From assembly GCA_965242725.1 (NCBI GenBank), contig CBDESZ010000025.1:1-64000 (forward strand): DNA of 64,000 nucleotides, in the 5' to 3' direction. A model generated the notes under the pieces. The model was not told where the DNA came from. It did not search any database and was given only the letters and a program-made list of their open reading frames with translations. Below, piece by piece: positions 39,851 through 50,635 of the stretch. The stretch is from Alkalispirochaeta sp. Its GTDB lineage: Bacteria > Spirochaetota > Spirochaetia > DSM-27196 > Alkalispirochaetaceae. Position numbers and translations under genes: made by a program. Position 1 is the stretch's first letter. Each line of letters starts with the position of its first letter.

Positions 39851-40345
39851 TCAGGCGGCTTCAAGAATCGGGCCGATGCCCGGGAGTTCGCGGACGAGGT
39901 TGCAGAAATCCTGCCAGTGACCGGCGTTGTAGTGACCCCGTTCCTCCAGAATCTCGTGAATCGTTTCCATCGTTGTGTGCACGACACCGGTACGAATGAA
40001 GCTGTCCGGCAATTGCGTGAGCATGGTCCCCCGCTTCCCGTCGCGAATAAGTGAATTCAGGTGTTCAAGCAACGTTTCCGGGAGGTTCACCTCAAAATCG
40101 TCCTGGGTGAGTCTGCGTTGGTCGTCTTCTACTTCGGGATGGCTCCGCAACCACACGACGTCGTGAAAATAGTTTTTTCCCTGCTTCCACCAGCTGACGG
40201 GACCCCGAATCTGGAGGGTGAGCGTTATTTCCCAGTAGGCGACGCCGTTATAGGTGAGGCGTCCGTCCCGGCGGGCAATGACGCTCGGTTGTTTCGGTGA
40301 AGATGCGCCGTGAGGTCCGTCCTGGAGGATCACCTCGAGTTTCAT
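39851..40345 (-). CDS. Hypothetical protein
   Basis: 164-aa ORF with GAGAGG RBS downstream of the DUF2148 gene. Confidence 0.65.
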   Translation of the reverse strand: MKLEVILQDGPHGASSPKQPSVIARRDGRLTYNGVAYWEITLTLQIRGPVSWWKQGKNYFHDVVWLRSHPEVEDDQRRLTQDDFEVNLPETLLEHLNSLIRDGKRGTMLTQLPDSFIRTGVVHTTMETIHEILEERGHYNAGHWQDFCNLVRELPGIGPILEAA

Positions 40346-40362
40346 CTGTCCCGGCCTCTCCG

Positions 40363-40878
40363 TTAACGGTCGAAATAGGGGCTTTTCCCCTCAGCGGACA
40401 GGGGAATACCCATAACAAAGTCCGCGTCGATCATTCCCATGCGTCGCGCGCTCACGCCGATGCGATACATGACGCGATTGTCGACATTCATCAATTGGGC
40501 CGTCTTGACGGCGCTTCCGATTGCAATTCCCATATCAAGAAGCCGTACCGCACACTGGGGGCCGAGAAACTCTCCGTTTTGCTCTCCCGTATTGATTTTG
40601 AGACAGACCGGATGGCCGCATGCTGCGCAGTTGATCCCGGGCGGCGTGGCGTCCTTGAGGCCGACGAGGACTACCGCGGAGGATCGCCGGACGTTCTCGC
40701 CGTCGCGATCGAAGTTCTTCTTCCCCGATTCCTCGCCATAGGCGATCATATCGTCGGCAAGGTTCTTCACATCATCGCCGGAGACCGTCCTGGTGACGAC
40801 GTAGTTCTTACCGACCGCCTTGGGAGCCGTTATCGCGGAGACTTCCATCAATTCCGCCACCGTCTGCAATGCCTTCAT
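40363..40878 (-). CDS. DUF2148 ferredoxin-like domain protein
   Basis: TAPKAVG, NCAACG..C, DMGIAIGSA, DNRVMY, KSPYFDR. Confidence 0.85.
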   Translation of the reverse strand: MKALQTVAELMEVSAITAPKAVGKNYVVTRTVSGDDVKNLADDMIAYGEESGKKNFDRDGENVRRSSAVVLVGLKDATPPGINCAACGHPVCLKINTGEQNGEFLGPQCAVRLLDMGIAIGSAVKTAQLMNVDNRVMYRIGVSARRMGMIDADFVMGIPLSAEGKSPYFDR

Positions 40879-40923
40879 CGTTCCTCCAGTTTTTGTGCGT
40901 GCTGTGGGCGTAGTATACGCCCC

Positions 40924-41955
40924 TTATGCCGGGCTATCAACATGACGTGTCCAGAGGAGACCGCATGCGGCGTTGATATCCTGACCCCGGGAACGGCGAA
41001 TCGACGTGGGGAATCCCTTCTGCCGTAACGCATCGGCAAACTCCTCCATCCGTTCCGGCGACGCCGGCTGGAGGGGTGTCTTCGGAATGGGGTGGAAGGG
41101 TATGAGGTTAATGCGAACCCTCAGACCGTTGAGGAGTTTTGCGATTCCATCCACATGTCGCCGGGTATCGTTGAAGCCGGAAAACATTGTGTACTCAAAT
41201 GAAATCCGTCGCGATGTGTCTTCCCGCCGGGTGCGGATGAGCCGCATCGTTTCGGAAATGGGATTCCCGATTTCCACCGGCATGATTCGCTTTCGTTCCT
41301 CGGGAAAGGGGTTGTGAAGGCTGACCGCGAGATTGGCGTCGCAGGAGTCAAGAAACCGCTCAAGGTGGGGATGGATTCCGACGGTGGAGAGGGTCACTTT
41401 CCGGGGCGAGAGGTTGTATCCGTCGGGATCGGTAAAGAGAGCGAGACTTCCCAGCGTTTCATCCGGATTGTCCAGGGGTTCACCCATGCCCATATACACG
41501 ATATTGGAGACGCGATCCCGCTCGGGAACGCTGTGGTACTGATTCACGATCTCCCCTGCCGAAAGGTTTCCCTGAAACCCCTGCCGCGCCGTCTGGCAGA
41601 AAGTGCAGCTTCTTCGGCAGCCTACCTGCGTGGAGATGCACAACGTTACCCGCTTCCCCTCGGGAATCATCGCCGTTTCCACGAATCCGCCGTGGAGGGT
41701 GGGGAAGAGGTATTTTTTCGTTCCGTCGGCGCTTTCATTCACCCGTGCCGCTGGGGTCGCACCGATCACGTGGTGTTCTCCCATTGCCGAACGCAGGACG
41801 CCGGGAAGGTTCTCCATCTGGTCGAAGGTGGTGACGCCGTGGTGGTAGAGCCAGTGATACAGTTGTCGCGCCCGAAATGCGGGGTATCCCAGGGCGGTCA
41901 CCGTCTGTTCGATGTCCCCGGCGGATTGCCCCAGGAGGGGAGTCAAAGCATCCAT
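40924..41955 (-). CDS. rlmN: 23S rRNA/tRNA methyltransferase RlmN
   Basis: CISTQVGCRRSCTFC, MGMGEP, SLH, NLIP, GQDINAACG. Confidence 0.95.
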   Translation of the reverse strand: MDALTPLLGQSAGDIEQTVTALGYPAFRARQLYHWLYHHGVTTFDQMENLPGVLRSAMGEHHVIGATPAARVNESADGTKKYLFPTLHGGFVETAMIPEGKRVTLCISTQVGCRRSCTFCQTARQGFQGNLSAGEIVNQYHSVPERDRVSNIVYMGMGEPLDNPDETLGSLALFTDPDGYNLSPRKVTLSTVGIHPHLERFLDSCDANLAVSLHNPFPEERKRIMPVEIGNPISETMRLIRTRREDTSRRISFEYTMFSGFNDTRRHVDGIAKLLNGLRVRINLIPFHPIPKTPLQPASPERMEEFADALRQKGFPTSIRRSRGQDINAACGLLWTRHVDSPA

Positions 41956-41986
41956 GCACGTACCATCCCGTTCCCGCACCGTTCTG

Positions 41987-42298
41987 TCAAGACAAATAGA
42001 CGAGGGCTCCCCATGTGAGGAAAATCGAGACGGCGACGACGACGGTGACATTGACGCCTCTGAAGGTGAGAAGCCCGGCGAACGAGAGTATTCCGAGAGT
42101 GAGCGGGACGGAGAGAACGGCAAAAGCGTCGGGTGCGATCAGGGCTCCCAGTGCCGCGGCGGGGACGACATCAAGAAACCGTTTAAACCGGGGTGATACG
42201 GCGGTGGTGCCGCTCATCCAGAAAGGCAGAGCCCTGACGACATAGGTCCCCACGAATATTCCTGCCGCAATGAGGATCCACGTTGTATTAACCGTCAT
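41987..42298 (-). CDS. azlD: AzlD family protein
   Basis: TYVVRALPF, VPAAALGAL; adjacent to azlC. Confidence 0.82.
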   Translation of the reverse strand: MTVNTTWILIAAGIFVGTYVVRALPFWMSGTTAVSPRFKRFLDVVPAAALGALIAPDAFAVLSVPLTLGILSFAGLLTFRGVNVTVVVAVSIFLTWGALVYLS

Positions 42299-43001
42299 AG
42301 GATGTCTCCTTGCCGGGGATTATGAAGGTGAAGAGGAGTGCCGAGAGGATCATTGCGATGGGAAAGGCGATTCCCGCGTCCAGGCCGCCCGACGAGCGAA
42401 GGATGGCGTTCAATCCGCCGGCGGTGATCGCCGCCGCAATGTGTTTGATACGGCGGGACCCGCGGGCTTCTCGGATCTGCCCCGTAAGCAGTGAGACAAA
42501 GAGTGCAAAGAGTGCCATACCCATCGCCGCCTGGAGTGTGGGCGGGAGTACATTGCCGACGGCAGCGCCCAGGACGGTACCGCCGACCCACGCTGCATAC
42601 GCGCCGGTCTCCAGACCGGCCAGGTACGGGGCAGGTAATGATCCGCCCGAGGCGACGCGCCATCCCGCAACGCCGAACACCTCGTCGGTCACGCCGAAGG
42701 CGAGGGCGCTCCTCGCCGCCGGGGATGCCGTGACGTGCTCGGCGATGACGGAACTCATGAGAAGGTGACGAAGGTTCAGGAGCCACGCGGAGATAACGAT
42801 CTGCACTATCCCTGCACCGGAAAAATACATTCCCGCCGCAAGAAACTGTGCCGCGCCGGCAAAGATGATAAGCGACGAAAGCGTTGCATCCAGGACGGAA
42901 AGCCCACCGGACCGAACGATCAGTCCGAAGGTGATCGCCACCGGGACGTATCCGCCGGCGATGGGGATTGCTGCACCGAGTCCGGAGAAAAACTGCTTCA
43001 T
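42288..43001 (-). CDS. azlC: AzlC family branched-chain amino acid exporter
   Basis: FAGAAQF, NLRHLL, TDEVF. Confidence 0.9.
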   Translation of the reverse strand: MKQFFSGLGAAIPIAGGYVPVAITFGLIVRSGGLSVLDATLSSLIIFAGAAQFLAAGMYFSGAGIVQIVISAWLLNLRHLLMSSVIAEHVTASPAARSALAFGVTDEVFGVAGWRVASGGSLPAPYLAGLETGAYAAWVGGTVLGAAVGNVLPPTLQAAMGMALFALFVSLLTGQIREARGSRRIKHIAAAITAGGLNAILRSSGGLDAGIAFPIAMILSALLFTFIIPGKETSYDG

Positions 43002-43007
43002 GAACGC

Positions 43008-44111
43008 TTAAAGCTCCCTGTCCCGGGACGAAATGGTTCCCTGCAGTCGCATCCGTTCCCGGGGGAGCGCGTTCGGCTGGGTCGTACGGAGCGTATCGAT
43101 CAAATGTTCCCGGAGAAGACAGCGCAAGTCCCACGCCTCGGGAGAGCTGCGGGCACTCACGAGGGAGCGCAACTCCACCGTTCGTTCAGTCGTGTTTGTC
43201 ATCTGGATCACGTCGACCTGGCCGTCCCAGAGCTCACTGGCGGCGAGAAACCGAGTCTGTTCCACCCGCAACGCCTGAATATCCACCGTATAGTCGGCGT
43301 ACAAAAAGACGGAACCGATAATGGATGAGGAACTCCTCGTCCAGTTCTGAAACGGTTTTTGAAGAAGATATGAAATGGGAACAACGAGTCGCCGCTTGTC
43401 CCAAAGGCGTACAACAATGTAGGTCAGGGTGATTTCCTCTACCCAGCCCCACTCATTTTCAACGACGACGGCGTCGTCTATGCGCAGCGGCTGGGTTATG
43501 GCGATCTGAATACCCGCAAAGACGTTGGCGATCGTCTGCTGCGCGGCAAAACCGGCGAGCAGACCGATAACACCCGCCGATGCAAGGATTGAGGTGCCCC
43601 ACTGTTGAAAACCCGGAATAGTCATAAGTCCCGCGGCAACGGCGATAATGAAAATGATTACCCCCGTCACCCGCTCGAGAACGACTATCTGCGTCGTGAT
43701 CTGCCGCGCCTTGAGATTGTCGGTGCCCTTTATATCAAAGCGATTCCGCAAGATGATAAAGAGAATGTCGATGAGACGGTACACGAGCATCGCCGTTGCC
43801 GCGACGATGACGATGGGAATCGCAACGTCCACGACCTCCGTGAGTTGCTCTCCCGCCGCCATGGTGCGTATCACACCTCCCGCGACGAGGGTGAGGAGGA
43901 TGATCTGGACCGGGACAAAGGTATTGTTGAAGAGCAACCGTATCGGTTCACGCCTTCTATCGGGGACGAGATACGGCGCAATCCGGGAGATGAGGGTGTA
44001 GGCGAGCAGTACCAGAAGGGGAAGCGCAAAAGGCACGCTCCAGTCCGGAATCCACGCGGGAACGAGCAGGTTTTCAGTGAACCGGTACCATCTTTCGAAT
44101 AGCATATGCAT
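43008..44111 (-). CDS. Small-conductance mechanosensitive channel family protein
   Basis: ASAG..GFAAQQTIAN.FAG, QPLRIDD, GWVEEI, FQNWT. Confidence 0.9.
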   Translation of the reverse strand: MHMLFERWYRFTENLLVPAWIPDWSVPFALPLLVLLAYTLISRIAPYLVPDRRREPIRLLFNNTFVPVQIILLTLVAGGVIRTMAAGEQLTEVVDVAIPIVIVAATAMLVYRLIDILFIILRNRFDIKGTDNLKARQITTQIVVLERVTGVIIFIIAVAAGLMTIPGFQQWGTSILASAGVIGLLAGFAAQQTIANVFAGIQIAITQPLRIDDAVVVENEWGWVEEITLTYIVVRLWDKRRLVVPISYLLQKPFQNWTRSSSSIIGSVFLYADYTVDIQALRVEQTRFLAASELWDGQVDVIQMTNTTERTVELRSLVSARSSPEAWDLRCLLREHLIDTLRTTQPNALPRERMRLQGTISSRDREL

Positions 44112-44197
44112 ATCCTATGCACCTCCCGTGATTCCCGCAAGCATGCCGCCGTCGGAAGACGGTTCACCAGGGAAGCGACGGCGCGTATAATCGCGCC

Positions 44198-44680
44198 ATG
44201 GAAACATTTGGACCGGACCACGTGCAGAAAATACTCGATCGTTTTGAACTGGGACTGGAGGTACGCCACTTCGAACGTACAACCTTCAGCAGCGCCGACG
44301 CCGCCGCGGCGATCGGCTGTGAGTTGGGGCAGATTGCGAAGAGTATGTGCCTCCTCATCGACGGGCAGCCTATCCTTATCGTCGCCAGCGGTGACCAGAA
44401 GATTTCCGACGCAAAACTTGCCCGCCACTTCGGCGTGGGACGGAAGAAGGTCAAGATTGCCGACGCGACGCAATGTATCGAGATTTTCGGGTACGCCCCC
44501 GGTGGCGTATCACCGGTTGGACTCCGGGACGATCGTATTCCCGTCTATATCGATCGGACGCTCTCCCGATGGTCCGAGATCCACGCAGCCGCCGGGTCGG
44601 ATCAGGACAACTTCACCCTCACTTTCGATCAACTGAAAATCATCACCGACGGCACCGAGCTGGATGTGGTGAAAGAGTGA
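44198..44680 (+). CDS. YbaK/EbsC aminoacyl-tRNA deacylase family
   Basis: QIAKSM, GYAPGGVSPVG, AAG. Confidence 0.9.
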   Translation: METFGPDHVQKILDRFELGLEVRHFERTTFSSADAAAAIGCELGQIAKSMCLLIDGQPILIVASGDQKISDAKLARHFGVGRKKVKIADATQCIEIFGYAPGGVSPVGLRDDRIPVYIDRTLSRWSEIHAAAGSDQDNFTLTFDQLKIITDGTELDVVKE

Positions 44681-44686
44681 TCCCCG

Positions 44687-45544
44687 TCATTCGGGGGCGT
44701 TGAGAAATCCGGCCGCGGGACGGGCGTTCAATCGCTCCCTGCGTCGCCGCCAATCGGGCATGCGTTCATCCATGAGGCGGTAGAACCGCCTGCTGTGGTT
44801 GTGTTCACGAAAATGACACAGTTCGTGGAGGATGACGTAGTCGATTTCCGTGACGGCGGCCCCGGCCAGCTCGGGATTGAGGATGATCCGGCGATCGGCG
44901 CTGCAGCTTCCCCAGCGGCGACGCATGCGACGGAGGGAGACGTTCTTCGGTTCACCCAGTTCGGCGATCGCCGGGATGCGGCGCAATACGGCAATGCGCT
45001 GACGAAAGACCCGCAACGCCGCGGAACGATACCACTCGTTGACGGCGTGATAGACCCCCCGGGACGATACGGCGCCCCGAACGATCAGGTTTTTCCTCCT
45101 GGCCGTTGCGTGCCGGCGGCGCCCGCCGTTCCGTGCGCCTCCGTTTCCGGCGTCGCCGGTTTGCGGTTCCTGTACGACCGTGCGGAGCCGTCCGAGAAAG
45201 GGTATGGCCGTCCCCGGGGTGATCGCCCGCGTCGTTGGAGGGGTGACGGTCGCCATGAGTTGCTGTTTGGAGAGAATCCATCCCTCCCGATTGCCGACCG
45301 CGCGCAGGACGGCGGCATCACTCATATGGCGCGGTGCCCGCACGCGCACTTCTCCGCCGGGAAAGATGGTAAGACCTATGGTTCGCCGGGACGATCGCTC
45401 GAGGGAATAGGTGATGTGTACGGACCCTCGGGTGTAGGTACGCGTTCCGTGTCGGCTTATCCGTCGTGACCGCTGCATCGGGGGCAGTATACACAAAGAT
45501 TTTGCATTTGAGTCCCCTCGGGGATCCCTCAACAATCTTCTCAA
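44687..45544 (-). CDS. YgjP/DUF45 zinc metalloprotease-like protein (start uncertain, probably later)
   Basis: RRTIGL, RWGSC, YVILHELCH, NHS..F. Confidence 0.85.
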   Translation of the reverse strand: MRRLLRDPRGDSNAKSLCILPPMQRSRRISRHGTRTYTRGSVHITYSLERSSRRTIGLTIFPGGEVRVRAPRHMSDAAVLRAVGNREGWILSKQQLMATVTPPTTRAITPGTAIPFLGRLRTVVQEPQTGDAGNGGARNGGRRRHATARRKNLIVRGAVSSRGVYHAVNEWYRSAALRVFRQRIAVLRRIPAIAELGEPKNVSLRRMRRRWGSCSADRRIILNPELAGAAVTEIDYVILHELCHFREHNHSRRFYRLMDERMPDWRRRRERLNARPAAGFLNAPE

Positions 45545-45563
45545 TACCGGGTATGGTCGGGAA

Positions 45564-46826
45564 ATGAAAATTCTTCACACCGCCGACTGGCATATCGGGA
45601 AGCGTCTCGACCGCTTCAGTCGAATCGAAGAGCAACGCGACGTCCTGGCGGAAATCACCGCCATTGCCGAAAAAGAGTCGGTCGACTTGGTCCTCGTCGC
45701 GGGTGACCTCTACGACGCGGTGAACCCGGGAAGTGAGGCGGAAGAACTTTTATACCGGGGTCTGGTCGACCTTTCCGGCAATGGAACACGTCCGGTCGTC
45801 GCGATTGCGGGGAACCACGACTCACCCGACCGGATCAATGCACCCGACGTCCTTGCGCGTTTGCACGGGATTACTTTGGTAGGCTACCCCGCCGCCATTG
45901 CGGGGACGATTAAAAACGACACCTTCATCGCCGACTCCATCGCGCCCGGCGTTATCGAAATACGGTGGAAGAACGGTGGCGTGCCACCGGCGCGGCTCAT
46001 CGTCACTCCCTATGCCAATGAGAACCGCCTGCGTTCCGCCGTCGGAATCGATGCAGAGGCGACCGACGGTGAACCGGCGCCGCCGGTTGACAGGGATCGC
46101 GCGCTGGCGGAGGTATTGCGACTGGCCTGGCGCCGTGTCGCCGACGAGCATCTTGGAGAGCGGTATGTAAACCTGCTCTTGACGCATCTCTTTTTTGCCG
46201 CCGATCCCGGGCTTCCCCCGGAAGAGCCGGAATCGGAACGACCAATCGGACATACAGGGGGCGCGCCGGCGTTGCCTGCGGATATCGTACCTTCCGCCGT
46301 CCAGTACGCCGCCTGCGGTCACCTCCACCGGCCTCATACGCTCCCCGGTTCCGTTCCCGTCCGGTACGCCGGCAGTCCTCTCTCATACAGCTTCTCCGAG
46401 GCGGAACAGGAGAAAACGGTGACCATCGTGGAAGTGGAAGGGAGGGGAAATCTTGGTGATACGCCGGAAATACGGGAAATACCGTTGCGATCGGGGTACC
46501 CCCTGCGCCGCCATACCGCCACAGCCGTGGAAAAAGGAATCGAGTGGCTGGAAGAGAACCAGGAATGCTACGTCGAGCTCACCCTTGATCTTGAAGAATA
46601 CCTAACAGGAGACGACCGAAACCGGCTCCATAAGAGCCATCCCCGCCTGGTGTCGTTGATCCCCCGCCTCGCACAGGGGGACCGCATGGAGCGTATTGAG
46701 ACTATCGATCCGACCGGAGATATCAGGACGCTTTTTGCCCAGTATTTCACCAGAACGCACGGCATACCGCCTGGGCAGGATGTGACGGAGCTCTTTGAGG
46801 AAGTTCTTGAGGAGGCGGGACGGTGA
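45564..46826 (+). CDS. sbcD: Exonuclease SbcD
   Basis: HTADWHIG, AGDLYD, GNHD, GHLH, YAGS..YSFSE. Confidence 0.93.
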   Translation: MKILHTADWHIGKRLDRFSRIEEQRDVLAEITAIAEKESVDLVLVAGDLYDAVNPGSEAEELLYRGLVDLSGNGTRPVVAIAGNHDSPDRINAPDVLARLHGITLVGYPAAIAGTIKNDTFIADSIAPGVIEIRWKNGGVPPARLIVTPYANENRLRSAVGIDAEATDGEPAPPVDRDRALAEVLRLAWRRVADEHLGERYVNLLLTHLFFAADPGLPPEEPESERPIGHTGGAPALPADIVPSAVQYAACGHLHRPHTLPGSVPVRYAGSPLSYSFSEAEQEKTVTIVEVEGRGNLGDTPEIREIPLRSGYPLRRHTATAVEKGIEWLEENQECYVELTLDLEEYLTGDDRNRLHKSHPRLVSLIPRLAQGDRMERIETIDPTGDIRTLFAQYFTRTHGIPPGQDVTELFEEVLEEAGR

Positions 46827-49800
46827 TTCCCCGATATCTCGTGATGGAAGGCCTCTACTCCTACCGGAGGCAGGCAACCATAGACTTTCGCCGTCTCACC
46901 GCTGCACGCCTCTTCGGGATATTCGGCGCGGTGGGAAGCGGAAAATCCTCGATTCTTGAGGCGATCAGTCTCGCCGTATACGGCGATACGACGCGAATGA
47001 ACTCCCGGAATGACAACAGGAACTACAACATACTCAATCTCCGCAGTGACCGCCTGTGGATCGATTTCCGCTTTCTGAACTTTGACGGCGAGGAGTACCG
47101 GTTCACCGCGGAGACCCGGCGCAATTCCCGAAGTTACGACCAGGTGGGCGCCCTCCAGCGGAGTGCCTACAGGCGGGAAAACGACGAATGGGTGCCCCTT
47201 GAGAGCGTGTCGGGCGAGGACGTTGTCGGCCTGAGTTATGATAACTTCCGACGGACAATCATTATTCCTCAGGGCCGATTTCAGGAGTTTCTCCAGCTGG
47301 GCGTCAGGGACCGGACGGAAATGCTCAAGGAGCTCTTCAACCTTGATCGATTCGACCTCTATCGTCCCGCCAAGAATCTGGCAGGCCAGGTGGCGACGGA
47401 GCTGACGGCGACGGAGGCCGCCCTTGGCGAAATCCCCGCCGATCTGGATGAACGCGCACAGGCGGCGTCGGAAGAGCTTCTCACCGCCCGGGAACGGCGG
47501 GAAGAGGTTAGCCGGCAACGGCAGGAGCGCTCATCCTGGCACAGCCGCCTGCGGGCGGTTGCCGATCTGGAAGGCGAACGGGAAGACATCGCCGCCGAAC
47601 GGCGTCGTGTTGAACGTGACGCCGAAGGCATCGAAGAGCTGCGCCGACGGAAGACGTTGCTTGAGACGGTCAGGGATGAGCTCGCCCAACCGTTCCGTGA
47701 GGTGGCGGCGGCTCGCCAACGTCACGCAGAGGCGGAGAAACACCGCGCGGCGGCGGTACACGCCCTCGGACCGGCAGCGGAGACGCGGCAGGCCTGGGAC
47801 CATCGTCTTGCAGAGCTGGAGCTGGCCTCGGAGAAGCGGGAACGCGAGGAGGCGCGAAAAGAGGCGATCAGGAAGGGAATCGCCGTCTTCCAGGAGTACA
47901 ACGCCCTGCGGAAGAGGCGCGTCACGCTGGACGGGGAGATCCGTCGCGCCGAGGCGGCGGAGGCGGAGCTGGCGGAATACGCCGCCCGGGAGGAGGAATT
48001 GCGGGCACGTATCGACGACGTGTGGGAGGCCCTTCCCCGGCCGGAACTCATAGAGGCGGCGGGGGAGTATCGCCGCCTCCGCGACGAAGGTGACGTGTTG
48101 GTTGAGGAAGAAGCGCGTATCGTTTCACGCTTTTCCGATCTCGTCGCCGAGTGTGTCGACGCGGGCGTAATTCCGGAGGAGAACGGACTCCTTCCCGCCA
48201 CGGTGGAGAACTACCGGACGGGAGCGGAACGGCTCACAACCGCCTTTCACGAACACCGCCGCCGGGGAGCCGTCCACACCCACCTTGCGATGGTTGCCGA
48301 GGAACTGGAAGAGGGCAGCCCCTGTCCACTCTGCGGATCCATTCACCATCCCCGCCCCTTTTCCGCCCCGGCCGGGGCGGAGGAGGACGCCCTCCAGGGG
48401 GGAGAACCTTCAAAGGAAGGGGCGGAGCGGCTCTTTGGTGAGCTCCACCGCATCATTGCCGCCCATGAACAGCTCACGGATCGGCGAAAATCGGCAACGG
48501 AAAAAGTGCACACTATTCTCGGTACGACGGCGGTCACCGAGGACGAACTCTCCGGAATCGCCGCCGACCTTCCGGCAACAAGAAAGCGTATGGGCGACCT
48601 CGAGCGTGACCGGAAAAAGCTCTATGACGTCCAGGCGGGAAAGGACGGGGCTCAACGGAACGTCGCCGCCCTGGCAACGCAGATCGCCGGGAAGAAGGGT
48701 GAGCTCACCGCGGCCGACGAACGGCTCTCATCGGATCTGCGCACCCTCCCGGAAGACATTCGGACGATCCTCGACCGCCACATGCAGGGGGAAGACCAGA
48801 CGACGGCAGTAGAATCCCTCGCGACGGAAGCGGGACAGATAGAAACACGGCTTCAGGAGCTGACGGTGGAGCTGAAGAGGGCCCGGGAAGAACGTGACGC
48901 CGCGCAGCGGGAGGAGACCCGGATTTCCTCTGCCGTTGAAGAGCGAACTGAAAGTCTCAAAAGGACGACCGAGGCGAAGGAGCTGGCCGAATCGGAGTTC
49001 AAAGAAGCCCTCGCCCGGGCGGGATCAGCCCTTGCGTCGTCATCGCCGGAGGGGACGCTTCCCGGAGAACTTCGTCTCTCCCGGGAAGAAGAGCTCGTTC
49101 CCCGCGCCCTTCCGGCGCTCATTGAAGAAACGGGCAGTCTATCGGCGATTACGGAGCGAATAGACAACCATGAGCGGCGGTTGAGCAATCTCGCGAGCCG
49201 CTCCGCCGCCCTCGAGCGGCGCGCCCGGGAAATCACGCCGCCCGAATTGGACATCCCCCTGGCCGACGCCCTCGCCGACGCCGCTGCGGCCGTTATCGCG
49301 GCGGAAGAGGAGCTTCAGCAACTCACCGGTCATATCGGTTCCCTTGAGCAGGAATCGGAAAGTCTCCAGCGCCTCACTGCCCGTCGCACCCAACTTGCAG
49401 ACCGGCGGAAGGGCCTCACCGCTCGCCGGGAGACGCTGTCCACGCTGCTGAATCTCTTTGTGGGCAGCAAATTTGTCAGCTACGTCGCCTCGGTCTTCCT
49501 GGAGCAGCTGGTCGCCGCCGCCAACCATCGCTTCCGCCGTCTCACCCGTAATCGACTCGAACTTGCGTTGCGGGGGGATCATGACTTTGAAGTGGTGGAC
49601 TACCTCAACGGGGGGAGGCGCAGAAGCGTCAAGACACTCTCGGGGGGCCAGACCTTTCAGGCGGCGCTGTGCCTCGCCCTGGCCCTTGTGGACAGCATCG
49701 ACCACCGCGCCGGGGGAGAAACGCCGGGATTTTTCTTCCTGGATGAGGGATTCGGCTCCCTCGATGAGGAGTCCCTCCGTGACGTCTTCGCAACCCTGAC

Positions 49801-49927
49801 GGACCTGCGCCGGGAAAACAGAATCGTCGGGATCATCTCCCACGTCGAGTCGCTGCAACAGGAAATAGATACATTCCTGCGGATTACGGCGGATCAGGAA
49901 GAGGGATCGGTCGTTACCTGGGGCTGA
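46823..49927 (+). CDS. sbcC: SMC-family ATPase SbcC
   Basis: GAVGSGKS, PQG, coiled coil with CPLC hook, LSGG, LDEGFG, ISH. Confidence 0.93.
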   Translation: MIPRYLVMEGLYSYRRQATIDFRRLTAARLFGIFGAVGSGKSSILEAISLAVYGDTTRMNSRNDNRNYNILNLRSDRLWIDFRFLNFDGEEYRFTAETRRNSRSYDQVGALQRSAYRRENDEWVPLESVSGEDVVGLSYDNFRRTIIIPQGRFQEFLQLGVRDRTEMLKELFNLDRFDLYRPAKNLAGQVATELTATEAALGEIPADLDERAQAASEELLTARERREEVSRQRQERSSWHSRLRAVADLEGEREDIAAERRRVERDAEGIEELRRRKTLLETVRDELAQPFREVAAARQRHAEAEKHRAAAVHALGPAAETRQAWDHRLAELELASEKREREEARKEAIRKGIAVFQEYNALRKRRVTLDGEIRRAEAAEAELAEYAAREEELRARIDDVWEALPRPELIEAAGEYRRLRDEGDVLVEEEARIVSRFSDLVAECVDAGVIPEENGLLPATVENYRTGAERLTTAFHEHRRRGAVHTHLAMVAEELEEGSPCPLCGSIHHPRPFSAPAGAEEDALQGGEPSKEGAERLFGELHRIIAAHEQLTDRRKSATEKVHTILGTTAVTEDELSGIAADLPATRKRMGDLERDRKKLYDVQAGKDGAQRNVAALATQIAGKKGELTAADERLSSDLRTLPEDIRTILDRHMQGEDQTTAVESLATEAGQIETRLQELTVELKRAREERDAAQREETRISSAVEERTESLKRTTEAKELAESEFKEALARAGSALASSSPEGTLPGELRLSREEELVPRALPALIEETGSLSAITERIDNHERRLSNLASRSAALERRAREITPPELDIPLADALADAAAAVIAAEEELQQLTGHIGSLEQESESLQRLTARRTQLADRRKGLTARRETLSTLLNLFVGSKFVSYVASVFLEQLVAAANHRFRRLTRNRLELALRGDHDFEVVDYLNGGRRRSVKTLSGGQTFQAALCLALALVDSIDHRAGGETPGFFFLDEGFGSLDEESLRDVFATLTDLRRENRIVGIISHVESLQQEIDTFLRITADQEEGSVVTWG

Positions 49928-50039
49928 GACGGGGCGTCATGAAAGGGCGTCGCAAAGGGGCGTCGCAAAGGACGGAACGGAGGAGGCCGCCGCCCGTCCG
50001 TGTATCGGGCTGCCTCGCACGCATCCTCCCCTCCCGAGG

Positions 50040-50540
50040 TCAGGCACCGAAGAGGCGCAGCGCTCCCTGGACGTAGAGGACGGTAATCCCCCCGGTCACC
50101 GCCAGCTTGAGAATGATCGCGCCGATGGTACCCCGGAAAACCGCCAGTGCGGAGACGAGCGGGCGCCTGTTCTCCCGGTGGAAGAGGAGCTCTCCCAGAA
50201 AGGCGCCGAGGAAGGCGCCCACAAAGACGCCAAAGGGAGGAAAAAAGATGCTCCCCACGACCATTCCAAGGACGCTGCCGATGATGCCGCCCCTGCCTGC
50301 GCCGGCCTTTCCGGCGGCGCGGGCGGGGAGGATGTTATCCATAACCTGAGCGAATACCGCCGCGGCGGCGGCACCGGCCAGGACGGGCCATGAAAAAAGG
50401 GTGAAACCGGCGGGAACGGAAAGAAGAACCATCGCCCCGACGGCCAGGATAGGCCCCGGAATGACGGGCACGATGCATCCCGCAAAGGCGATCACCAGCA
50501 GCACGCCGCCGAGCAGCGTCATTACAATTTCCAGAAACAT
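50040..50540 (-). CDS. DUF456 membrane protein
   Basis: PVIPG, G...G..FPPFG..G.F.GA..GE pattern. Confidence 0.82.
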   Translation of the reverse strand: MFLEIVMTLLGGVLLVIAFAGCIVPVIPGPILAVGAMVLLSVPAGFTLFSWPVLAGAAAAAVFAQVMDNILPARAAGKAGAGRGGIIGSVLGMVVGSIFFPPFGVFVGAFLGAFLGELLFHRENRRPLVSALAVFRGTIGAIILKLAVTGGITVLYVQGALRLFGA

Positions 50541-50635
50541 GTCACTCTCCCCCACCCATTAAAAAGGTATTCTTCGCGTAGCAAAAGGGGGCGGAATCGG
50601 TTACCATCACATGACACTTCCCAAGGAGGACTATC

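Noticed and set aside
45564..49927. SbcCD as a defence system
   Set aside because: Canonical housekeeping pair among housekeeping neighbours, with no accessory defence genes
49928..49975. Short GGGCGTCGCAAAG-like tandem repeats after sbcC
   Set aside because: Only 2-3 short imperfect copies with no spacers; not CRISPR or a recognisable REP family
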